Assembly (NCBI RefSeq): GCF_030684315.1
Contig: NC_081396.1
Location: 1,798,001 to 1,862,000 of the forward strand
Source of the DNA: Stegostoma tigrinum
Lineage: Eukaryota
Length of the DNA: 64,000 nt
Direction: 5' to 3'
The position numbers were made by a program, and so were the translations under genes. Of the stretch, positions 37,130 through 48,420 are shown piece after piece. How positions within the stretch are numbered: the stretch's first letter is position 1; each line of letters begins with the position of its first letter. The notes under the pieces were generated by a model. The model made no database searches, was not told the origin of the DNA, and was given only the letters and a program-made list of their open reading frames with translations.

Positions 37130-38162
37130 CTTTGGGAACCCTCATACACTGCTAACCCCACCCCCTTCCCCCCACAACAGAAATAAGAACAGAGACCACC
37201 GGTCCACACATACCACCTCTACTAAGCTCCAAATCCAGCACATCATGTTCGGCCTCTTCTGCCACCTGCAATCCAACCCCAGCACAAAAGGGATATTTCC
37301 CTCTGTACCCCTATCTGTCTTTATGGGGACCACTCAGTCTGCGACTAGCCTTGTCTGCTCCCCCCTATCCCCTATGCCCACCAAACCTAACACCTTTCCC
37401 TGCAAGTAAAGGGGGTGCCAGACCTGCCCCTATACCTCCCATCCCACCCCCACCCAAGGCCCAGGACAAACTTTCCAAATCCAACAAGGGTTCATCTGTG
37501 TATCCTCCAACCTGCTCTACCGTGCCTATTGCTGTCGATGTGGCCTCCTGTATATCAGTGAGATTAAGTGCAGATGTGATGACCAATTTGCAGAAAATCT
37601 GCACTTTGTATGCTATAATCAACAACACCCTCTGGTTGCCAACCATTATAGCTCTCCCTCCCACTCCCTTGGTGATGTATCCATTCTGAGCCCCCTCAAG
37701 CATCACACTGATTCCACACGCAAACTGGAGGAAGAAAACATATTATTCTTCCTCTGGATCATACCGCCCGATACCCTCAACATAGAAGTCACCAGTTTCT
37801 AAATCTATCACTCCAGGCCTCATTCCATTTCCAAAACCCCTCTCATCCCTGGGTCCTTTACCTGACACTACCTGTCCATCTTCTTCCCCAACTACCTGCC
37901 CTAAACTTCCAACTGACCAATCCCAACTAAGCCCTACTTGCAATAGGGTTAGGGTTAGGTTTAGGGTTAGGGTTAGGGTTAGGGTTCTCACATCTCACCA
38001 TCCCACCTCCCTTTCCCAAGCCCTACCCCTCCTCGGTCTGTTTATTCCCCAGCTCCCTAAACCCCCACCAATCCTAATGAAGGTTCCCAGCTGGAAATGT
38101 GGACTTTCTTGCTCTTCTGATGCTGCCTGACCTGCTGTGTTCCTCCAGCTCCACGCTGTATT
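37130..38162 (+). mobile_element. Penelope-like element 3' part (GIY-YIG + tail), degenerate
   Basis: 'SSNLLYRAYCCRCGLLYISEIK' at ~37502-37567; tail ends '...ctgctgtgttcctccagctccacgctgta'. Confidence 0.85.
37944..37986 (+). repeat. Interstitial telomeric repeat (TTAGGG)~7
   Basis: tagggttagggttaggtttagggttagggttagggttagggtt (one variant unit). Confidence 0.95.
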
Positions 38163-39081
38163 GGCACCACATACATAATGGACAACTTACTGTTATTGCT
38201 TAAATTCATCCAAGGCCATTTTGGGCAATGTTCTAAATGTCAGATTATCCTTTTGGCCCAGCTTTTTCCCAGTCCGTCTTCTATTTAAGAGTTCCTTTGC
38301 CCAAAAATCAAAGACCCCATGAATTTCTTGTGCTGCTAGTGGACTTAAACCACTTCTTGCATGCTTGAAAGTGTTCCTTAGAAGTGGAGGTGGGGAGTGA
38401 GAGACAGATGTTAGAGTGACCACAAAATACACTATGCTGAACAAGAAGAGCAGGAAGGCACTCACAATTTTTATGACATCGGGCTCTCAACCCCTTGCAC
38501 CCCCTTCCTGTTTATGTCTAGATGAGCCGCTGTCACCACTCTCACTCCGAGTTAAATGGTGCATGTGTTCACATTACTGTCATTTATCATTTCTATGAGC
38601 TTTTGGGTTGATGTGGATTGGGATGGCAGCGGCCGTCTTCTTCCTCAGCAACTGGGCAGGCACTGGCACTCTCTCAGTATCATCCCTCCACTACTCCTCT
38701 TGCTTACCTAAGGAGCGACAGGCAGCTAGATAAATCTGCCAATTCATCGGATAAACCTGATATTTGCCCCTAACATTTTAATACAGAGCGGAATAACTAA
38801 ACTAATTCTAAAGAAGGTCACTAAACTCAAAAATGTTTCACTTGTTTTTGTCTCTACTGACGCTGGTAGATCTGTGTTTCCCCAACAATTACCAGTGAAA
38901 CAGTTAAAAAAAAAGCTCTAAAGCAACATATTTAACACAAAACAGATTTATTTCATGTTTACACCGAATATTAATACATCAGTTGAACCGGAGTTTATTA
39001 ACATTAGCAGAGACTGAAACGGGCTGACAGTGGTGTGGTAATAATGTCACTGGCCATGTAAGCAGGAAAGTTCTGAGTGAC

Positions 39082-39450
39082 ATAACAAGGTGTAGAGCTG
39101 GGTGAACACAGCAGGCCAAGCAACATCAGAGGAGCAGGAAGGCTGACGTCTCTGGCTGAAACCTTTCTTCAGAAATGGGGTATGGAAAGGTGGCTCTGAA
39201 TAAACCGGGAGAGAGGAGGAGACAAATAGAAGATGGATAGAGGAGAAGATAGGTGGAGAGGTGACAGGCAGGTCAAAGAGGCGGGGATGGAGCCAGGAAA
39301 GGTGAGTGGAGATGGGGAGTTAGGGATGGAATAGGTCAGTCCAGGGAGGATGGACAGGTCAAGAGGGCAGGATGAGGCTACAAGGTAGGAGATGAGGTGG
39401 GAGGAGGGGATATGTGGGAGGAAGGACAGGTTAGGGGGGTGAGGATTAAG
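39082..39450 (-). mobile_element. Penelope 3' tail (family 1), minus strand
   Basis: Reverse complement of 5462-5845 / 9950-10310. Confidence 0.85.
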
Positions 39451-39454
39451 AGAC

Positions 39455-39882
39455 TGGGCTAGATTGGAAACACTAGGCTTAGTCTCCTTGAAGCAGAGAG
39501 GGTTAAGTGATTACCTTATTGAGCTGTTCAAAATTACGAGCAATTTTGATGTGTTAGAGAAGGATATTTGGACAAGTTGCTATGTTTGTAGCCGGGGTGG
39601 CAATTTCAAGATTTTCAGCAAGACAGTTGGGAGTGAGATGAGGAGAAACATCTTTATTCAGAGAGTTGTTAGGATTTGGCATGCATTGCCTGGGAGAGCA
39701 TTGAGGGCAGATTCCAGAGGAGGCTTCAGAAGTGAGCTGGATATATGTTTAAAAGTGACATTTTCTTTTAGAGCTGTGAGAGACAGCTGAGTGTGTGACA
39801 AGCTCAGTAGCTCCTTCTGGAGACATGCAGGTTCAAACAGCTTCGTTCTGTACTGATAAAATTCCATGATTCTATGATTCTA
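39455..39882 (+). mobile_element. CR1 3' fragment
   Basis: ORF 39464-39790 (LGLVSLKQRGL...FIQRVVRIWHALP); tail 'atgattctatgattcta'. Confidence 0.85.
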
Positions 39883-41800
39883 AAAAAAAGTTCCAACATC
39901 CTACTTAAAATTCTATAATCCAGCACCTTTACCTCTCCCCCAAACCCCAGGATATTTTTTCTCAATGGTCTATGGGCTGTGTTTGAACCCAAAACATTTC
40001 AAAAAATGTACCATTGCGCCATGAAGTTAAGACATCTGAAGTGTCAAGACATCTGCCTTTCTATGAGAAATCCACCTTGAAGAATGATGCACAGCGAGCA
40101 ACACGTTGGTGACTTCATTCATTCTCTCGGCTGTGACAGTAAAAGAAACTGATCAGTATGTATGTTCAGGACAGTATATAGGAGGAAGAAGCTTCCCGTC
40201 TCAGTAAACACTCCTTGGGTTATTTACAGAGTAAAGTTCACTTCACATTCTCAGAGTAAATATACTCAACACACAGAAGTGATGGAATTGATGCACAGCA
40301 CAGACAAAAACAACGGGGTGATTGCAAGAGACTAGAGCCTACGTCCTTTATACATACCATTGAGAACTAATCAGTCGACTCATCTGACACGCCCGGAAGC
40401 AAAAAAACCTGCCAATGATTCTGGGAGTCGACTGCAAATCTGGCACAGAAATATCACCGGGCTGTAACCAAGAGATTGAGCTCTACCCAATACTCTAGGA
40501 GAATAAACCATGAAAATTCACAGCCATAGCAGCATATCCATTGCAATTAGGAATTTCGCACAAGGGCGAGATTTTTTTTCTCCTCGCAAGGGTTATGTCA
40601 AGTACAGAGATTCTGAAACCATTTCTCGTACTTTTTTTCGACGTGGAAACCAGTGATTTGTCGGCGTGGTAATATGACTGGATAATGAATCAAAACTCCA
40701 AGAACGACATTCTTGTAGTCATGTGTTCCAATCCACAGCGACGGTTAAAATGCCGATTTCTATAAATGCTGCTCACCATGTAAACATTAGCATTAGTTGC
40801 AATTACCCATCTCTTCCACTAATGTCCTTTAGGGAAAGCCATCTGCAATCGTTACCTTTTTCGTTCCCACGTGTGATTCCAGACCCACCACAATGTGAGT
40901 GCGTTCTGGATAATTTCCCTAATGTAATTTTTTTGATGAAGTCTACCATAAAGAAGGCTATTTGGTAAATTGTAATCGGTAATGAGTCAGGTTTAACAAA
41001 TTATCTCAGAATTAAAGATCCCCAGTGAAGTATCCACCCCTTCGAGCCTCCTACAACATGCAATAGGATTTGACTGCTGTCACGTCGATTATATTTAGGG
41101 TTATCGACGCACATCCATCTTCTCTGTTTGCCGATGACACATCTAACTAAAACTTCAAATATTTTTCAAAACCCAACCTTTACCATCTGCCCAGGAAAAA
41201 AAAACGACCTTTTGAAAATATGCAGCTTTAGCGATGTCGTTAAATGGAGTTTTTTCTTAAATTATTAAACTGTTTCCACTCGCTTCCGTTTCTCTCACCA
41301 GAGGGAAAAAAAATCCGCGAAGCCACAGTATTAAATTCCGTTAAGATCCCTGAAATGTTCAGCTATTATTTAATTTTGTTTCGTGAAAAGCTCTTAGAAT
41401 TAAATGCAAAACCATGTCAGAAAACCAATTACATGACCGAAATTAACACAATAGCAATGATGGGGGAATCATTTTAGGCTACAGGCAAGGCCTCACTTTA
41501 GTACCTAACATCAGGACATTCGTTTGGTGGAAACTACTAAGCATGTTCTTGGGGTAAAGACAGAACATGCAGCCATCAGTTCGCCAGCAAAGATAATGGA
41601 GGCATCTACTTTTCCAGTATTGTGAAACGATGACATGAAACATTGAGCTAATCTGTTTGTTCAACCAACTGTATTAAATATGCACATTGCAGCCTAACTG
41701 TGTCTCTGGAGAGTTTCATCGGCGATAAATGCTCGAAGCATTCAATGTTTCATCCGGTTAAGTGCACACTTTGAAGATTTTTCTTAGTTTCTGAAAGACA

Positions 41801-41870
41801 ATGCACGGGCCAGCGAATGGACAGTTCTATGCTATTTATTATCCACTACTTGCTGTTATCGGTGTTCCAG
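41801..41870 (+). CDS. GPR139-like GPCR, exon 1
   Basis: ATG at 41801 encodes MHGPANGQFYAIYYPLLAVIGVP plus 1 nt; strong donor CAG|GTAAGC at 41871; phase 1 joins exon 2 in frame. Confidence 0.88.
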
Positions 41871-42959
41871 GTAAGCTATAACTTTTGCATTCACATCGCT
41901 ATAACCAATATCTCTCCACATTTGGATATTTCAGATTATTTCTGATATTGAGTACATTATGAGTATAAGGAGATTCAACTCTAAAACTATAAAGAGATAT
42001 ATGATATTGAACTGATATTTACTTCAGTAGTGTAAAAGATGGTACAACATATCATTCAATATTCTGTGGTTTAATTTGTAGAAATTTCTTTTTTATTGCG
42101 GAAATACTAACGAAAATATTCTGTTTCATTGTTACCAGTAGATTTCATTCTCCTATTTTTAGCATTGAATGAAATAATAGCTTACCACAATGCACTTTTT
42201 TTTTCTAATGCAGCAGCTCCATCACAAACCACTGCAGTGCTGAATTACATTGTGAAACTTTATGGTTTGAATTAGAAAAAAATATTTTCAGTAATTACAT
42301 GAGCCTGAGCTGTCACCTTGGAAGAAGAAAGAGTGCTCATTCTAAAAATGCATTGTACAGTGTGTGCATTATATTTAATGCATTGTTGATTTAGGCTATT
42401 TCTTATTTTGGTGGATGTGGCCATCACTGGAAGATTAATATGTATTGTCTGTTTCTTGTTTCCAGTTCAGAAACTAGATTAATGCTCATGTTGTACAACC
42501 ACACTCCTTTGAAATAAAATGGGGTGCTTCACAGCAAATTCAATAATCAAAATACAACAATAAATACACTCGGATTTTTGTGAGCGAATAATGAAACGTA
42601 ATCAGACGACAAGGTTTGAAGGAAAGACAGAGGCTTGGAGCAGTCGAGAGATAGGATTTCAGGGATTCAGGAGTTCTCAACTCAGGCCATACGGGGTATT
42701 GATGGAAAAGTCAAATTCAGAGACGCAGAAGGGAACAAAGTTTAGCTGATAGAAATCCAGGAGATTGCAAGACTACTGTGTGACATGGCTGTGAAAAGTT
42801 TTGAAAATAACTACTTTCATGTCAAGTTCAAAGAGCCTCTGAGCCAGCAAACAAAGTACATGATGAATAATGTTTTTGATTGATGTCAGGGGTTTTGTGT
42901 GAGTAGGAGCATAGGTCACAAGCATTTCGATGAGCTGAAGCTTGCTGCCAGTAACAATG

Positions 42960-44590
42960 GGCTGAATTTCAAGAGACTGTTCCAACTACAGCAGGTGATA
43001 CAATAGGATGGTTGTAAATGCGTGACATTCAGAATAAGGAAGGAGATCTTGCTTGGATAATTTAATTTTTTGAAGAGGTGACTCAATTTCTTTCATGTGG
43101 CAGCAAAATTGATATTGTTCACATGGACTTCAGTAAGTCTTCTGATAGGGCCCTGCATGAGAGACTGGTCAAAAGAGCATGAGCCTGGGTGATCGAAGGA
43201 AAGTTAAAAAAAAACTGTATCCAAAATTGGCTTTTAATTAGCAGGCAAAGAATGATGGTGGAGGGACATTTTTGTAATTGGAATCCTGGAACCAGCGGTG
43301 TGCCACAATATTGGTATTAGGATCCTTGTTGTGTCTTATTCACACTAATAAATTCAAAGCGAATGTAAAAGGTATAATTTGTAAGTTTGCAGATGAAGCA
43401 AAACTTGTGTTGTTGATAGAGAGGAGATGATCTCAGGCTATAAGAATCACTAACTGTTGAAACAGACCCATCGGCCCAACAAGTCCACGCCGAACCTCAG
43501 AGCATCCCACACAGACCCACTCCCCTATAACCCACCTAATCTACACATCCCTGAATATTACGGGCAATTGAGTATGGCCAATCCATCTAACCTGCACATC
43601 TTTGGGCGGTGGGAAGAAACCAGAGCACCCGAAGGAAACCCATGCAGAGACAGAGAGAATGTACGAACACCATACAGACAGTCACCTGCAGCTGGAATCG
43701 AATGGGAGTCTCTGGCGCTGTGAGGCAGCAGTGATGCCCACTGTGCCACCGTGCCACCCGTAAGTTTGATATTGATCAAGTGAACAGATCAATGGCAGAT
43801 ATAATTCAATACTGATATGTGTGAGGTAATGCTTTGGGAGATCTAATAAGAGAAGGATATGGAAAATGAGTGGTAGATCTCTAGATACTACTGAGCAACA
43901 AAGGGGCCTTGGGGTACAGGTCAATAGATCACTGGTGATGTGAGAACAGGTGGACAGATTGGAGAATAAAGCAAACAAAAGACTTTCCTTCATGAACATG
44001 TATGTAGAATACAGAAGCAAGAAAGTCTATGCTGCAATTATATGAAACATTGGTTCTGCCACAGATGGTGCAATGTGTGCAGTTCTGCTCGCTGTTCTGT
44101 AAGAAGGACGTGATGGAATGCAGACGGTGCAGGAAACTCGTCAGACCGTTGCTTTCGTTGAAAAGTGTTAGTTCTGAGGAGAGACTGGAAAGGCTGCATT
44201 TAGAGCAGAGTACATTGTGGGCTGAGGGAGGTGGGTATCTGTTTCATACAAAATTCTGCGAGGCACAGGCAGCTCGTGAGAATTTCTTTCCCATGGCAGA
44301 CGTGTTATTGGCCAGGGGGCATTCACTTAAGGTGAGAAGGAAGTGGTTCAGAGAGACATTATTTTTTGCAACCGGAGAGTCCTAAAAAGAATAAAGCCAT
44401 CTAGCTCAGATAGTAATGTAGGCAGGTACTCTTGCAACATTTAAGAAGTATCTGGATACGCGCTGAAAAGATCTGGAACAGGAGGTTGTAGACCGACTGC
44501 AAGTAAATGGGATACATATAGTCTAATGTTTGTTGGTCAGCATGGGCATGGTGGGCTGAAGGGCATGTTTCTATGTTGTGTGACTCTCTG
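42960..44590 (+). mobile_element. Degenerate CR1 3' half in GPCR intron
   Basis: MDFSKS, KFADEAKL and MLQLYETLVLPQ relics; tail 'ctatgttgtgtgactct'. Confidence 0.85.
43443..43759 (-). mobile_element. HE1-type SINE nested in CR1
   Basis: Minus strand begins gggtggcacggtggcacagtgggcatcactgctgcctcacagcgccag, followed by a B box and the V-SINE core. Confidence 0.9.
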
Positions 44591-44949
44591 ACACTATGTA
44601 GCATGTAATGTCAGTATTATATTTTAGTTAAGAGTCAGGTGCTTGGTAAAGTATCTCAAGCTCAAACAATGACCAAAAATTTAAACGGTCTCTCGTTCAG
44701 ATAACAAAGTCATTTTCTGCAGGCTGAAGTTTTTGAGAGGAAAACAAGGCAAGATTTTCTGATTCACAAACATTTAACCGCAGCAAATGCTTGCCTCTTT
44801 GTGAGGAAATTTTAAACAAACAGGCTTTAGAACAATTTGAATCCAGAGTTGGAAAATGAATGTACCGGGACGATTTCAGTAGCAGATTCGATTGGGCAAT
44901 GCCCGACCATTGAATTCATTCAATAAGATGACTTCTTTTTCTGTCACAG

Positions 44950-45851
44950 CCAATTTGGTGGCGACCATAATCCTATCTCGTGAACGATGTGGGCTGTCCC
45001 GGTGCATTACCTACTACCTGGTGGCGATAGCGGTAGCTGATTTCCTTGTCATCATCACGGCTGTCATCTTCAACCGGATTGCTGGTATCTACTTTCGTGA
45101 CAGTGTCTTGTCCACAACGCCTTCTTGTGCACTCAGCACTATGCTGGTGTATGCTACTCGTGATGGCTCAGTCTGGCTGACAGTGGCCTTCACCATTGAC
45201 CGTTTTGTGGCCATCAGCTGTCAGAGCCTGAAGACCAGATACTGCTCTGAGAAAACTGCATTGCTAGTCATAGGAATTGTCTGTGCCCTAAGCTGCATCA
45301 AGAATATCCCTTTCTATTTTATCTACCAGCCACTGTACGTCTTGGATGGGGTGCCCTGGTTCTGTGACATTAAGTTCAGCTATTACAATTGGCCAGCCTG
45401 GCAGGCCTATGACTGGCTGGACCGCATCTTAACCCCCTTTGTTCCCTTCCTCCTTATTCTATTGCTTAATGCCCTGACTGTGAGACACATTCTAGTGGCT
45501 AGCAGAGCTCGCAAAAGACTCCGGGCCAGTGAGAATCGACAAGATGCAGAGATGGCCAATCGCAAGAAGTCCATTGTTCTGCTGTTTGCCATCTCTCTCA
45601 GCTTCCTCTTACTGTGGGTGACCTATGTCGGACATTTCCTTTACGTGCAGATTACAGGTGAGGCCTACTTCACCGGCCTGGATTTTAATGACCCACAGTA
45701 CATCCTTCAAGAGACGACCAACATGCTGCAACTGCTCAGCTCCTGCACTAACATATTCATTTACGCAGTAACACAGACCAAGTTTCGAGAAGAACTGAAG
45801 AATACACTGTTGCAGCCTTTCAGCACCCTCATTGTTTGTTTTAAAACATGA
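44950..45851 (+). CDS. GPR139-like class A GPCR, exon 2 (spliced protein 323 aa)
   Basis: Acceptor cttctttttctgtcacAG|cc. Splicing gives TM1 ...GVPANLVATIILSR, TM2 LVAIAVADFL, TM3 FTIDRFVAI, TM5 LTPFVPF and TM7 TNIFIYAVTQTKFR. The DRF and N.F.Y motifs fit the GPR139/GPR142 family; open to TGA at 45851. Confidence 0.9.
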
Positions 45852-46697
45852 AAGAGCAGTAACATGTGTTCTACGTAAGTACCTAGCCTTCACTAGGGCA
45901 AATATATCCAAAATAAATACAGTTAAAATGAAGTTCAAAGAAAGATTGAATTTAAAATCAGGATTGTCAAGGTCGTAGAATTCAATAGATTTGGCGTCCA
46001 AGAACTATGTGGCACAATAGGTCCTCTATTAACAATGATGTGTTCAGGGAAATATAAATTTTGCAGAATGAAAAGAAAGCTTCAGATGAAGGTGGGAAAA
46101 TGTGCACTTTTGGTTCGAATTCGCTTTACCTTTGGCTATACGGATTTACATGGGTGATTGACAAACATTATGAAGGCAGCACATCACAAGGGAGTGGTCA
46201 TCAGGCGGTTATTGCAGACAGCAGTTCTTGTAAAGGAGCAGTTATCTTCAGATGAAAGATGACCGAGAAAACATTCAGGAAGGCTAATGGTTAGCAATTC
46301 ATAACACTTCTGCCGGGTAGCCTTTCCAACTTTATTTACTACAATGCTTCACTGTTCATCCTCTGGCATCAGTGAAGCCTCCGCAATTGTCAAGAGTTGT
46401 GTATTGTTCTTTGACTGGTTGACTTATGTATTGTATCCAAACTGCTACTTCTTTAAAAAGTTTAATAAACTATCCAAAACTTTTCTACAAATGTCAACTT
46501 CTTCTGTTTCGCTGATCTGTGTGAGTGGATGAAACACTGAGATATACACACCCGAGTGAGGATATTGTGAGGCTCTTACAGCAGAAGCGATTTAAATTAA
46601 TTACATAGTCTAATAAAATTAACACACTATTCAGAGCAGGGACTGAGTGGATCCACAGATAGTTCCAATCTGGAGATTGGCAATCTCTCTTTCTCTC

Positions 46698-46837
46698 NNN
46701 NNNNNNNNNNNNNNNNNNNNNNNNNNNNNNNNNNNNNNNNNNNNNNNNNNNNNNNNNNNNNNNNNNNNNNNNNNNNNNNNNNNNNNNNNNNNNNNNNNNN
46801 NNNNNNNNNNNNNNNNNNNNNNNNNNNNNNNNNNNNN
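46698..46837. other. Assembly gap (140 N)
   Basis: Run of n. Confidence 1.
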
Positions 46838-47275
46838 CTACTCTATTTGTGCAAAGGCATTAACTTGATCATCCAACCTTCTGAGGCACCAACGTACACA
46901 TATTGGAGACAGACCACTCTCTGATTGTGGAAAGGGGTCGTCAGTTGAAACATAACAATAAATTACAAAAGGAGAGGCTGTTGACGTGCTCGGAGTGCGG
47001 AAAGGCGTTCACTCAAGCACGCCACTTCTTGACACACCAACTCATCCATATTGTGGAGCGAGGAGTCACCTGCTCCGAATGAGAGGAAGGGTACAATGAG
47101 TTAACCTGCCAGAGTGTACGCCAGCTGTTAAACGCCCTTTCAGTATCAAAGGCACAATGCAATTATAGCACGCCTCCACACTTCGACTGGGGAGTAACTG
47201 TTCACACGCTCCCAGTGGGAAAGTGAGTCCTCAGTCATCCCATTCCGTGAGATAGCAGCGAGCTCACAAATGACT
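46838..47275 (+). pseudogene. C2H2 zinc-finger pseudogene fragment
   Basis: [24 protein letters not shown]; [30 protein letters not shown]; contains stops and indels. Confidence 0.85.
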
Positions 47276-47377
47276 GCAAGTCTGTAAAACTGTTATTCAC
47301 AACCAGGATTGAAATAAATTGATTCTTAGTGCAGCAAAGCTTAATTTAGACTGTCTTTTGATGCAGTGGGGCTACTG

Positions 47378-47500
47378 CACCTGATGAAGGGACTGCGCTG
47401 AGAAAGCTTACATGATTCCGAATAAACTTGTTGTAATGTCCACCGAGTGTCGTGTGACTTCTAACTTTTTCCCCCCAGTCCAACAGCGGCATCTCCACGC
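47378..47500 (+). mobile_element. Short family-3 hammerhead-bearing repeat
   Basis: cac-CTGATGA-agggactgcgctga-GAAA-GCTT (47381-47409; palindromic AAGCTT stem III, stem II decayed), followed by AATAAA and a tail unrelated to families 1 and 2. Confidence 0.6.
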
Positions 47501-48109
47501 CATCGCTACTGCCCTCTTGCGTCCGGAGCTATCAAAGCTTTTCCGAACGAGTTAAGATGGTATGGGCGGCTCAGAGAACGAAAACTGTATAAAGGCAGAC
47601 ATTTCATTTCTCGTAATTTAACATGTAATGTGTAACAGAATTTAGACACAGTTAATTTGAGGCGGTCATTCTGGCCACTGTTATGACTGACTTGAGCGAA
47701 AGAAATCCTGATTCACAAAGTGGTTGGTGTACGTGTTGGAAGCCAAATTGATTTTCAACAGTGTATTTCTGTGGTGTGAATAAAGCATAACTTGCATCAG
47801 CTGCCGCGCAGAATGAGTTAAAGTAACGGTCTTTGTAAAATCGCCGAATTTGCGAATAACAAATGATGGCTTCTTGTGAATTGTGTTTTATATGCAGAAT
47901 TATTCATTCATTTTATCACACTAACCATCAGTTCATTCTGCCAGTACGAGCTGATTATCCATGAGAAATTTAAGCAACGTATTAAGGTAATCTTTTACAT
48001 ACTGCCTCTATTCTCTCTGAAAGTGGTTGCATGACAGAGCAGATAGTATTCATTTTAAGTATAAATATTCGAACCTGGACAAATCAAATAGAGGGGTATC
48101 CTGAAGAGG

Positions 48110-48420
48110 ACAACAAAAACAAAAAAACAGAAGTTGCTGGAAAAGCTGAGCAGGCCTGACAGCAAAAAAAAAATCAGACGGGCCCTGTGAACTTTCGACA
48201 GAACCGTTGGTAATTGGCAAAAATGTTTCAGAGATAGTCGGAACTGAAGACGCTAGAGGGTCTGAGATAACAAGGTGCAGAGCTGGATGAACACAGCAGG
48301 CCAAGCAGCATCAGAGGTGCAGGAAGGCTGACGTTTCGGGCCTGGACCCTTCTTCAGAAATGCCCCTCTAAATGCTGCTTGGTCTGCTATGTTCATCCAG
48401 CTTTACACCTTGTTACCGGT
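48110..48420 (-). mobile_element. Nested Penelope-tail elements; family-1 copy has an inverted arm
   Basis: 48230-48360 is the minus-strand family-1 tail; 48372-48416 is a plus-strand partial copy of the same tail. Confidence 0.75.
48330..48357 (-). ncRNA. Minimal hammerhead ribozyme motif, intact core
   Basis: Minus strand: CUGAAGA-A-GGGUC-CAG-GCCC-GAAA-CG-UC. Confidence 0.75.

Noticed and set aside
39966-40028. tRNA-like relic on minus strand (also 54950-55045)
   Set aside because: Only partial A/B-box resemblance; no cloverleaf or anticodon can be assigned.
44892-44949. N-terminus MGNARPLNSFNKMTSFSVTA of the GPCR ORF
   Set aside because: It starts at TTG and is intronic polypyrimidine/acceptor sequence; the real TM1 start is exon 1 at 41801-41870.
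47530-47575. 5S rRNA-like 'gcccataccatctt' on minus strand
   Set aside because: Similarity is limited to ~20 nt; no internal control region.
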